Positions 32,756 through 45,055 of a stretch of DNA of 64,000 nt are shown one piece after another. The stretch is from the human T2T-CHM13v2.0 reference genome, Homo sapiens: NCBI RefSeq assembly GCF_009914755.1, contig NC_060936.1, one strand, 5' to 3'. The notes below the pieces were generated by a model. The model saw only the letters and a program-made list of their open reading frames with translations, had not been told where the DNA came from and did not search any database. Numbering within the stretch: the first letter of the stretch is position 1; every line of letters starts with the position of its first letter. Position numbers and translations under genes: made by a program.

Positions 32756-33062
32756 AGCTGGGTGCTGTGGCTCATGCCTGTAATCCCAGCACTTTGGGAG
32801 GCCAAAGCAGGTGGACCACTTGAGTCCAAGAGTTTGAGACCAGCACAGGCAATATGGTGAAGGCTTATCTCTACAAAAAATACAAAAATTGGTGCACATC
32901 AGTAGCCCAGCTACTAAGGAGGATGAGGCAGGAGGATTGCTGAGCCCTGGTGATCGAGACTGCAGTGAGCTGAGATCACACCACAACATTCCAGCCTGGG
33001 CAAGAGAGACAAACTCTGTCTCAAAAATAAATAAATAAATAATACAATATAATAAATAAATA
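32756..33062 (+). mobile_element. AluJ inside Tigger3
   Basis: AluJ diagnostics (ggaggattgc, gagactgcagtgagc); (aaat)n tail. Confidence 0.92.
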
Positions 33063-33065
33063 CTG

Positions 33066-33144
33066 GACATGGGAAGGCGAGAGACATCTGGTCGACCTTA
33101 GACATGAGAAGGTGAGAGCCAGCTGGTTGACCTTAGACATGGGA
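33066..33144. repeat. 35-bp tandem repeat (2.25 copies)
   Basis: gacatgggaaggcgagagacatctggtcgacctta / gacatgagaaggtgagagccagctggttgacctta / gacatggga. Confidence 0.92.
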
Positions 33145-34099
33145 TTTATATATATATATATATATATATTTTATATATATGTGCATGTACATATGTGTGT
33201 ATATATATGTACATACACATATATACAAAGAAGCTTATGGAACAAGGCTATAAAGAAAGAAAATATTTTTGTCAGCTCTACAATGTGTTTGTGCTTTAAG
33301 CTAAGTGTTATTACAAAAGATTCATAAAGTTAAAAAATGCAAAGGTTTATAAAGTAAAAATGTTACAGTAAGCTAACGTTAATTTATTATTGAAGCAAGA
33401 AAAAATTTTTTTATGAATTCAGTGTAGGCTAAGTGTTCAGTCTTTAGAAGGTCTGCAGTAGTGTACAGTAATGTCCTAGGCCTTCCTGTTCACTCACCAC
33501 TCATTCACAGTGGAGCTTGCAGGACTGGAAGATGCTCTGGGTGAGTCAGTGATTGAGTAGTGAGTGAACATGAAGGCCTAGGGCATTACTGTACTTTAAA
33601 TATTTATACCGTTTAAATCTTTATACCATTACTTTAAATCTTTTACACCATACTTTTGCTGTACCTTTTCTATGTATGAATATGTTTAGATTCATGAATA
33701 CCCAGCATTGTGTCATAATTGCCTACAGTATTCAGTACAGTAGCATGCTGTACAGGTTTGTAGCCTAGGAGCAGTAGACTTTACCATATAGTTTAGGTGT
33801 ATAGTAGGTAGGCTATACCATCTAGGTTTGTGCAAGTATACTCTATGATGTTTGCACAATGACAAAATCACCTAGTGATGCATTCCCCAGAACATATTCT
33901 TGCTATTAAGAGATGCATAATATTGTGTGTATATATAAATATATTTGCACACACATATGTATAAGAAGTAAATAGAATAAAACAAGATAGATATTATAAA
34001 TACTTGGAGGTCATGCCACAGGAAATTTCTTCCAATAAATGAGAAGTGAAATTGCCTCTGGTAGTTAAATTTTAAATCAACACATTACTAAGATAGGCA

Positions 34100-34555
34100 A
34101 TCAGTCCCCTTAAAGAAAAAGTATGGCTCCCAGGCTGTGGTGTATGGGTCATGAAAGACAGGATGCATAACTGACCAAGGGCTCTAGCTTCCATGCTCTG
34201 AAATCATTCGCCATGTTGTACTGAGGCCAAGCTTCCCATGGGCTGCTCCCAGCCATGATTGAGTGCAACAGAAACACTAAGGCAGATGCATTTCTGCAAG
34301 ATAGGGCATTTCTACAGCCCACTTTGCCACAAGTAACCCTTCTTGCCCCACATCCTGCCCCCAATACCTTGATGAACCTTCCTCCAACTGTAAATGTCTA
34401 AGATGCTTCCTCCTGCCCTTCCCCTTTCTCCTTCCTTCAGGGTCAGGCTTGCATCATAGACCAATGACTATCCCAGCTTTCCTCAGCTCCCTCCTTTAAT
34501 AAAATCCATGCATGTTTAATCCCATCTTGACATGTACTTCCCGGACTAACACACA
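34100..34555 (+). mobile_element. ERVL LTR (LTR16-family-like)
   Basis: gggctgctcccagcc..tgattgag; aataaaatccatgcatgtttaatccc...ggactaacaca end. Confidence 0.6.
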
Positions 34556-35202
34556 GACCAAACTATAATTGTATCATTGATTAATACACTAATGTAGCTT
34601 AAAAATAAAACATGTAAAATAAAACAGTAACCTCTCAGAAAGAGATTGGTCGGCTCTGGGAGCTGTGAAAAAAGGTGCCAAGCAAAGCTGAACCTGCTCA
34701 GTTCATGCTTCTGTGACAGAGGAGGTGACAGCAATGTACCAGCCCAAACACTATCCTTGTTTTTGCAATGGATATATCTGGTGCCATAAAATATTTAGTT
34801 CATCCAGTAACACACCTTGTTCTGAGTTCATGCTTTCCAGATGATGTTGAGTTGACTTTTTGACTTCCTCCTAGGCCTATCTCCAGGGAGCAATGTATTA
34901 GTTACATGGATGTAGCCCAGAGGGAATTTTTGGAAATTTGGAGAACTGCATTCTAGAGACTCAAAACTGTGACTGCTGAGTGGACCATCTATGGGCAAGA
35001 GCAGAATCACTGAATACTGGAGGAGGGTTGCAAGGTGGCCTGGTTTCTGTGGCAGTGATCTGGTAGGTTCTGCTGAGGAAAACTGGATGGTGTCTGGCAT
35101 GTCTTCAGTAAGTAATAAATGCTAGCAAGCACTTTTGTTATTGGATTATGGCTGGAATTGTCATCTAAAGGGAGAAACGTTAAGTTTTCTTTAAAATATT
35201 AT

Positions 35203-35660
35203 TATGTTAGTTTCCTAAGGCTGCCATACCAACCACTAACTAGATAAGTTAAAGCAAAAGAAATTTATTCTCACTGTTTTGGAGGCTACAAGTCTGAAAG
35301 GAAGATGTCAGCAGGGCGGGTGCCTTTCGGGGGCTCTGGGGGAGAATCTGTTTCATGTCTGTGTCCTGGCTTCTGGTGAACATAGGCAATGCTTGGTGTT
35401 CCTTGGCTTGTAGATGCATCACTCCAGTCTCTGCCTCCAGCTTCACGTGGCCTTCTGCTTGTGTATCTCTGTGGCTTCACATGGCTGTCTTCTCATAGAA
35501 ACACCAGTCATATGGAATTAGGGGTCTACCCCACTCCACTATGACCTCATCTTAACTTATTACATCTGCAAGGACCCTATTCCCACATAAGGTCACATTC
35601 TGAGGTATTATAGGTTAGGATTTCAACATATTTTTGGGAGGACACACAATTCAACTCATA
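35203..35660 (-). mobile_element. MLT1C-like MaLR LTR
   Basis: aaatttattctcac; ccttggcttgtagatgcatcactccagtctctgcctcc; aaggtcacattctgaggta. Confidence 0.8.
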
Positions 35661-36804
35661 TTGGACTTTATGACTCTATGAAATTACTCAAGAGAATAGC
35701 TTCATAATGCATGAGAAATAAAAATTGGGGTGATTCAAGACATTACAAACTTTATAGTTAATGTTTGTTCAAATTAACTTAAAGGAGGGGGTGGGACCCA
35801 GAGAAGGAAGGGGCTCAAGAGAGCTCATAGCTTATTTCTACAAAATAAAGAATTTCCTTGCTGTCTGTGAGCACTTGGCAACTTTAGGTTGAGGACTGTG
35901 CTCTGAATTGTCTTCTCATCTCACATCCCTGCCTAACTGTACACTTACATTTTGTCATACAATCCATCTCCACACATTTTCTTCCTTCACCTTTACCCCC
36001 ACAATCCCTCCAATCCTGCCTGGAGGCTAAAGCAAATGAAATATATCTACTGTTCTGTACATTTAGCTAATAAAAGAACACTGAGTCTCCACATTCAAAT
36101 TTCCTTGCAATGTTAGATTGCTTGCTCTAGTTTAGCCTATTAACTATGGGCAAAATACCTTGAATATATTTTATTTCTCTATTTTGTGACATTAACATTT
36201 GACTTTCAGCTAATCATTTAAATGTGTGGCACCGGAAAACACATCTTCATAATTGCCTCCTTATTTACATTCCTCAGGGCTGAAGCATGACAATTTGAAT
36301 GGATGCAGTTTAAGAATTAATATAGATAGACAAAAATGACAGAGGATTGTAAAGAGGCCCCATGGTTTTGGGAGCTATTCCCTGGCAATCCCTTGTGTTT
36401 GATTATAAAAAAAAAAAAAAATAAAGGCAGATGTTGAGTGCTGTAGGCTATTCTGCATTTATGGAATTTTCCACTAGGTAATAAGCATTCAGGTCACATA
36501 CACAGTGAGATTTTCTGCAGTGACAGTACAGATAATAAGGCTGTGCAACTTGGTGACAATTTGCTCCATTTAAGCAAACCATCAACTGGTGCATTTTTAC
36601 AGCAATTGTCTCAGAAGCATGAGAGATGCTTTTGTGTGCATGTTTTAAATATGGATTCATTAGCACCCAAAGAACAATAGGATGCATTCTGAAATGCATC
36701 TTAATGAGAAATAAGCATTGATAGGTCTTCTGAGTTCATGTTTCTATACCACTTTTAAGCCATTAATTAATTAATGGTATTTCTTTGGTCAAATTTAGAA
36801 GTAA

Positions 36805-37119
<315 letters not shown>

Positions 37120-37783
37120 CCTCTTCCCATTTTCTAGGAGTGGCTTTCCCAGAGCCAGATAACATAGTTTAAATATCCATTATTTCTACCAACTATTATT
37201 GGGTTAGTACAGAAGGTTTAGCATCTCCAACCCATTAAATGAGAAGATGAGAAAGAAAGGGATTATTAAAGCAATCCATTTTTATTTTTTAGTTCGGTGT
37301 ATAATCTAGAGTCAAGATGAATGATTGTGTACTGTCCATTAATATCTGTGCTTACCACTCCTAGTTGCTAACCATCAATGTCATCTAACCTTTTGTGGCA
37401 TATCTGTTGGACTTTTAAGTCTTTCTAAAAGATAATCTCCTTGGTATGCAATGTTGCGCTCGTAGAAGTATTCTTTTTCAACCCACTGCATATCAGCAAA
37501 TCTGCCTTGGGGCTACATGAACATATGGGAACTGGCACAAAAATGCCTGGACTGGTGCAGCAGGAAGTCAGCCACTGCAGGGAAAGGATGGACATAACAC
37601 TGAAGCTATCAAGCATATTAAAAGTTTCTTGCAATAAACAAGATAAAAAATGTCCAACACAATTACATCCAAAGAAATTTGTGGCAAGTCAGACTACTTC
37701 CTGAAAACATGCTTTTGCAAATAAAATTGATATTAAAATTTTACATAAATTTTCAAAGCCAGAACAAGTCTCAGAGAAATGAT

Positions 37784-37816
37784 TGTGTGTGTGTGTGTGT
37801 GTGTGCGTGTGTGTGT
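37784..37816. repeat. (TG)n microsatellite with one CG interruption
   Basis: Direct read. Confidence 0.9.
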
Positions 37817-38157
37817 ACACATAGGTTCTCTTTGGAAAGAGAAAGACAGGAGCATGACATTACTGGAAGGAGCTTTAAGGAATATCAGGACACCTGGCTT
37901 CTGATCCTTTCTCTAATCTCACTAGTTCTGAGTGTGAACATTCAGATGAGTTCTGTGAGAAGGAACAAGATGCACTGAAGTTACTTCAAGAAAAAGGAGG
38001 ATCTTCGAGGGGTAAGCATGGATTAGAAATGAGCAAAAACTCAGAAACAGACACAGGCTGATGGATTCATTCTCTCTCTCTCTCTTTTCAGTACCTCCTG
38101 GCTTTGGCATCTTAAGTTCTCCTTGCACTTCTGCATCTCCCTCTGCTGTCTACATAC

Positions 38158-38670
<513 letters not shown>

Positions 38671-38918
38671 GCACTCCATTCTGTGGCCATTTCTCAATAA
38701 TCCTGCTCTTTGTTTACCTCCACTTTACTGATTAGAAAAGTGAGGCTCAGAAATGCAAAGATTCAGGTCCAAAGTTTACGTAACTAATAAGCAGCAGAAC
38801 ACTCAATCCTCCAAATTAATTACTCAATTGCCTCCAAATTAATTATTTTTAAGCTACTATATCACATTTACTCTAAGTCAGTAACGAGTTTTCTTTCTGT
38901 ATTAAAAATAAAGAATGA

Positions 38919-39211
38919 GGCTGGGCGTGGTGGCTAACACCTGTAATCCCAGCACTTTGGGAGGCCGAGGCGGCCAGATCACAAGGTCAGGAGTTCGAGA
39001 CCAGCCTGACCAACATGGTGAAACCCTTTCTCTACTAAAAATACAAAAATTAGCTGGGCGTGGTGACACATGCCTGTAATCCGAACTACTCAGGAGGCTG
39101 AGGTAGGAGAATCACTTGAACCCAAGAAGCGAAGGTTGCAGTGAGCCAAGATTGTACCACTGTACTCCAGCCTGGGTGAAAGAGTGAGACTGCATCTCAA
39201 AAAAACAAAAT
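38919..39211 (+). mobile_element. AluSg-like
   Basis: TSD aaaataaagaatga at 38905-38918 and 39212-39225. Confidence 0.95.
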
Positions 39212-39259
39212 AAAATAAAGAATGAGTAGTTAAAAATAACACAATTTAAAATAAACACT

Positions 39260-39405
39260 GACCAGGTGCAGTGGCTCATGCCTGTAATCCCAGCACTTTG
39301 GGAGCCCATAAAAAGAAGATTGCATGAGCCCCAGGGTTCGAGGCTTCAGTGAGCTCAGATTGTGCCACTGCACTCAGCCTGGGTGACAGAGTAATAAAAC
39401 AAAAA
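39260..39405 (+). mobile_element. Monomeric Alu (left-arm 5' end fused to AluJ right-arm 3' end)
   Basis: cccagcactttgggag followed by gaggcttcagtgagc; TSD taaaataaacact at 39247-39259 and 39406-39418. Confidence 0.85.
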
Positions 39406-40699
39406 TAAAATAAACACTCCAAAATTAGATTTAATTATTTGATTTCCTAAGGTAAGCAAAGGAAAAATTGCATCATTAATCAAATTATCAGTGTGTTGAT
39501 GGTTTCAATTTAGTGTTAAAAATGGTTACTTTTGGTTTTTTAGTTTTGGACCTTTCCTTTGACCTGGATGGTCAAAAATTGGGACTTTTTTGTTTTCATT
39601 TTCTCCCTAGAATACAGAGATGAAAATAGTAAAAGACTAGGAAGCATGAAACCTGGAATATAGCCCTGGGTATGCAGCTAGCTAACTGGATATGACTTTG
39701 GACAGGTCAGTTACATTCTGGGTCAGTTTCCTTAGCAGTCAAAAGACAACTTCGATGAGTTTCTGTATTCAGGATTGGTGTTTACTTGGTATGTTCCAGT
39801 GTGGCCACACTGTTTATTAAATTATTGAAGTAGTCCCATACCAGTTGGCAAACAGCACCCCTTCTCTAGCCATCTAGCTCTTCCTCTGGGATCCTCCCAC
39901 CACCCCACGATGTAAAACTTGAAGGGTTGATGGCTGAAAAAATATTGGCCTCTCAAGACTCTGCTGCAGCCCACAGCTGGCATTCACTCCAATTGTCAGT
40001 TTTCATGCCTTAATGATTGTTAAATATTTTTGATCCTGTACATCCTGCACACATCCAAATATATGTTTACAATGTTCCCATTTATAGTGTGTACAGCTTG
40101 CTTGTTCGGTTCAGTTAAAGTTTGAAGTATAGACTCAAAGTTGATAAACTATTTAAGTTGCCTATGAGGCTTTCAGCCAATAAGTCAGACAGCTTCTTCC
40201 CTTTGAAAAGTGGGCAGGTAGGAAAATAAGGATGAGGTTACAGTGTTCACTTTCTGGATTGCTCTCCCATATGTCAATAGCTATAAGTTCTGTGAATAAA
40301 TATATGCTGTCTGAATCACTCTACATTCACAGCCAGCTTTGTCTCTTAAATGTATTTAGATAATGGGACACCTCCCCTAAAAATCTAAAAAAAAAAAAAA
40401 AACACAGTTTAAATTATCATCTTTGGCATTTAATAAATGTCAAGATCATTGAATCAGATTCTCTTCTTATGACTCACTTTATACTTCTTGAACCAACATT
40501 AATCTACCTCCTAAGGCACATAATAACTACAGGGGTAGAAGGGTAGAACATCCAATAATTTATTCATTAAGTTCCAGTCACTGCTGGTTTTAAAAGACAG
40601 ATCTGTTAGCTTCTCATTTCAAGGTCTCTCTCTCTATTCTCCTTTTAAAGATAATAATGCAATTTCTATGTTGCTAAGAAGGAACAATGTTTAGATTAT

Positions 40700-41138
40700 A
40701 TTTCAATCCAAATTCTCAAGTTCCAAACTGTTTTCAGAAATTTTGTCATTAGTCTTTCAAATACTGCCTTTGATAGGTAACTAAGGGTTTCTTTCATTAA
40801 GCTTAGCTTATCTGCTAGTTTTCCTCAGGATAGCTGCAGAAGCTCTTGGCATCACATCTTCACACACCAAAGTAAAAAGATAGGAAATATTTCCCAGAAG
40901 TCATCTTAGCTTATCCTACATCACACTGTCCAGTATTGAGTCTTTCATAAGTCAATCATTGGAAAGGAAGAAGGGATCACCATGACTGGCTAAGACGAAT
41001 CAAGATCTACCCAGTGGGTCTAAGGCTGGGACCAACTTAGCTTGAGCATTTAGCTTCATAAAGGATTTTGTTTTGTTAGTAAAAAAGAAGATGCAAATGG
41101 TTGTTGGGTAGGTAATTATTATACTAGCATCTGCTACA
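40700..41138 (-). mobile_element. Old MaLR LTR (MLT1K/L-like), followed by MIR pieces ~41140-41310
   Basis: gatagctgcagaagctcttggcatcacatc; gggatcaccatgactggctaagac; ttgggtaggta...tctgctaca. Confidence 0.55.
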
Positions 41139-42334
41139 CATAACAGCTCTGTGGGATAGACGTATTTATTTCTCACAGTTTATAGTTGAGTGTACTGTGA
41201 TTCGACATGGTAAGCAACATGCCCAAAAACTAGCAGTGGTCCACGGTGGAGCTGTGATTTGAACTAAAGTCTGTCTGGCACTTACATGGCTGCACCAAGT
41301 TACTATGCTCTACTAATTTCCAGGTCGTGTATTATATTCACTAAAGATATTGGGCTCCAGCTCACAGTCTTTCTTCTCACCAAAATCCCTCTTATTACCC
41401 AGGGAGATCTCCATCAAATCCTAGCCACATTTCCTGACCCCACCTGCAATAGACTTTGCTACCACCTCACTGTAGCCTCTCACTCCCTTGGCCTTACCCT
41501 CAGTAACTATTCTAATGTTGAATCTTGAATTCTAGTATCTCATGCTCTGACAGCCTCTCATACTTCCAGCCTGTCTTATTCCCACTACACCTGTTCTTTA
41601 AGGTCCCAGAGTTCTCCAACCTCCCCTCCATCTGGAATGTCTACTTCAATATATGAAATTGAAGATGTCTCAAAGCTCCACGCAGACCCCTTTCTCTGAA
41701 AGAAGAGAATGAGGCTCAGAATGCTGACACAAGTAGCCTAATGTCCCACGGCTAGTAACTGCAGTGTCAGGACTGGACCACTGGGCCCTTGTGGGTTCCA
41801 AGTCAGGCCAATGTTTTGTTTTCTTCCTACACTATCTCTTTAGGTTGAAACTTTTCTCCTGGTAAAGATTTTTAAATATCTTGGGTTGGAACAATATTTT
41901 AAGATATTAGCAATTTATACTTAAGTGTAACATGCTTTATATTTTAAAAAGATTTTACAACATATTTTGCTAATGTCTAGAAAAGGCTACAGTGATGAGA
42001 AGCTGCTAAGATGGGAAAATGTTTTGCCAATTTCCATGCTGAGAACTGGATAGCTGAATAACTGAGTGGTCAGAGGCAGACAAGTGTTCACTCTTGGGGA
42101 ATTTATAGGCTAGATAGTTTAAAAAATAGCCTAAGTTCTCTAAAGTTCTCTTCAAAATAGATGTTTTCATAGATTAACTTGTTTTAAAATAAATACAAAG
42201 GAGCAGGCATAAGATGATGTTGCATTTTCCTTAGTAGCTGATCTCTGAAAGACATTGCTTAGATTTCTATTTTGAAATTAAAACAAACAAACAAATAGCA
42301 TACATTGCAATATGAAAATACTCAATGATGCTAT

Positions 42335-42710
42335 ATATATACTTTAAGTTCTGTGATACATGTGCAGAATGTGCAGGTTTGTTACACAGGTATTCATATG
42401 CCATGGTGGTTTGCTGCGCCCATCAACCCGTCACCTATATTAGGCATTTCTCCTAATGCTATCCCTTCCCTAGCCCCCCACCCCCTGACAGGTCCCGGTG
42501 TGTGATGTTGCCCTCCCTGTGTCCATGTGTTCTCATTGTCCAACTCCTACTTATGAGTGAGAACATGTGGTGTCTGGTTTTCTGTTCCTGTATTAGTTTG
42601 CTGAGAGTGATGGTTTCCAGCTGCATCCAAGTCCCTGCAAAGGATATGAACTTATCCTTTGTTATGGCTGCATAGTATTCCATGGTGTATATGTGCCACA
42701 TTTGCTTTAT
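42335..42710 (-). mobile_element. L1PA7-like 3' fragment
   Basis: ORF2 C-terminus [12 protein letters not shown] (42459..42701) plus 3' UTR. Confidence 0.9.
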
Positions 42711-42848
42711 TCTTATGAGACAGAACTTCCTAGGGTATGACTATTTAGTTTGATTGATCTGAAATTATGGATTTCAATAATTTGGAGATGAGACCTTAGT
42801 ATTTCCAAATGTATGCAAATATTGCTTTCATAATGCACTTGATGGGTC

Positions 42849-43320
42849 TGAAATAGGAATAGCACTGGGCAGGCACAGGAGGATAGAAAACCCCCAACCA
42901 CAGCTAAAACAATAACTAGGCAAATAAACCATGGGCTGATGGAAAACCCAAAAGAAGGGACAACAAATGGCCAAAATCCTGGTCAGGTTGACATATCTAT
43001 GACTCTTTCTGGCAAACCCGAAAAAGAGAAAAAGGGGATGGTAACAAGGGTCCCCGAAATCCTCTCCTTTTCCAGAATGATTATTCCACCCCCTAATTAA
43101 AGAAACACCCATAAAATTAAAAACCTAAACTTAATTGTGTGTGATTTGTTCTCGTCAGCACGCCTGCACTTCTCTCTCAACTGTGTACTTTCATTTTTGG
43201 AATCAAAGCTTCTTGCCTTTCGCATCATTCGGACTCATCCCCGAATTCTTTTGAACCAGGACACCAGCTGAGGCTGGGGTCTCACTGGCATCTGAAGGCC
43301 CTCCGAGCCCTCTAGCAACA
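42849..43320 (+). mobile_element. ERV1 solo LTR (MER66-like)
   Basis: TG...CA ends; tgattattccaccccctaattaaagaaac; gctggggtctcactggcatc...gcaaca. Confidence 0.65.
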
Positions 43321-44688
43321 GGCAGCAGGCCTTCTTAGTTACGTTTGCTGGCTTGATTAGAATCATATTGCCTTGCACAGTGATAAGCACCTAAACTGAT
43401 ATTAGCTTCAAGAAAACATGAAAGTGTTGATTAACAAAAAAAAAAAAATTAGGTGTTAAGGGTCCCCAAAATACTCTGCTTTGGTTTAATGTATATCGAC
43501 TACAAAACATCTTTTGAGGCAAGTTTTACCTGTGTAATCAACAGTATTACTGTTTGGTGTGATGTGAAAAGACAAGGATTTTAGAAGATTTTGTGTGTGT
43601 GTCTTCATGAAACTGCATTGGAAACAGCACATGGGAAGTGAAAAAGAGAAATTTCATAGATACCGTTTGCAATTCTTAGTTAAGCTAGAAACAAAGAGGA
43701 TCCTGATAATTTAAACATTTGTTTAAATTGTTTCTAATTCCTGTGGTCTGGGAACAAATCCCCAACCTAGCTTCAGTTACCCTCCTCCACACCACTCCAT
43801 TGACGAAAAGGGGGAAGAAGGAAACTGGGTGGGGGGAAGAATGCGGAAGGAGAAGGAGGTGCAGAAAATTTTGTTTAATTGGGGTTGTAAAAAACAGCAG
43901 ATGATTCAATATCTCCCTGAGGTTTTTACTGTAGATCACAGAAAGGAATGTGGAAAAACTCTTTTCATGACTTCCACCTCCTAGTAGGATTTGCCTCAGT
44001 GGTAGGCCTGCCAACAGTGGCCATGGGTCCTGGACAGAGGATACATGTGCTGTCTGGCCCACTGGTCTGTGGTCATTTCCTATCTTTTTTTAGGGTCTGA
44101 TGCTATTTTAAGTGTGCCTCTTGACTGTGTGGGTATCACAGACACATTTCTCTGCTGTCCTGTTGCAGAACGGGTCTACTTTTTGACCATGCATATTGTA
44201 GACAGTCCATGGAGGTGAGACAGGGATGGTCCTTAAAACCTAGAAATAAGGAAAGTGAGATTGCTCTTTGAGAGTTAAGCTATGACGTAAGTCCAGCATA
44301 ATTTGGAGTAAAGAGAGATATTTAAAGTCACATTAAGATTGCAAGCAAACTTGAATTGTGTGTGTCCAAGTCATGCAACAAGAAGTGGATTTACCCAGGC
44401 TCCCTGGCCAGCATATTCTTATTATAGTGATGGATACATCAGACTGCCAGAGTTGATGTTTGTTGCACATTCTTTTCACGTAACCAACTCTCCTGATTCC
44501 CCAAAGTAAATGTCTCAGGTACTTTGCACTGATCAGACTGACCTAAATGTGAGATCTCCTTGACAGTCACATTTCCCTTTAAAATCTAATACACTGGAAT
44601 TCTGTGTTTCTACCTCATGGTAAGTTTTGTTAGCTAAAGGTCTCATCTTTAAGTCCAAAGAATGTTGGGTTACGATGAGTTTCAGAGC

Positions 44689-45055
44689 TGCTATCATCCA
44701 CATCATGCTGGTGTCTCCCAAAATTTATATGTTGGAACCAAACCTCCAATGGGATAGTATTGAGAGATGGGGCTTTGGGGAGGTGATTAGATTATGAGGA
44801 CAGATCCCTCATGCATGTGAATGGTGCGTTTAAGAAAAGAGGCCCCAGAGAGCTAGCTAGCCCCTTCCACCATGGGAGGATGCAGCAAGAAGGCATCATC
44901 ATCTGTGAATGAGAAAATGGGCCCTCACCAGACACTGAATCTGCTGGCACCTTGATCTTAGACTTTCCAGCCTCCAGAACTGTGAGAAATAAATGTTGTT
45001 TATAAGCTACTCAGTTAATGATAATTTGTTATAGTAGCCCAAATGAACTAAGACA
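44689..45055 (+). mobile_element. MLT1A0-like solo LTR
   Basis: TG...CA ends with perfect 5-bp TSD AGAGC (44684-44688, 45056-45060). Confidence 0.9.

Larger units (their letters stand above)
32048..33925 (+). mobile_element. Tigger3(b)-like TcMar DNA transposon fossil, internally rearranged
   Basis: aatggagctgaaaaat, gctggtgtaaacaaacctactgcg, cagcctcaggcaggtccttcaggagg, ggctataccatctaggtttgtg; degenerate TIRs. Confidence 0.88.

Noticed and set aside
36760-36777. 18-bp palindrome ccattaattaattaatgg
   Set aside because: Mostly a self-complementary (TAAT)n microsatellite
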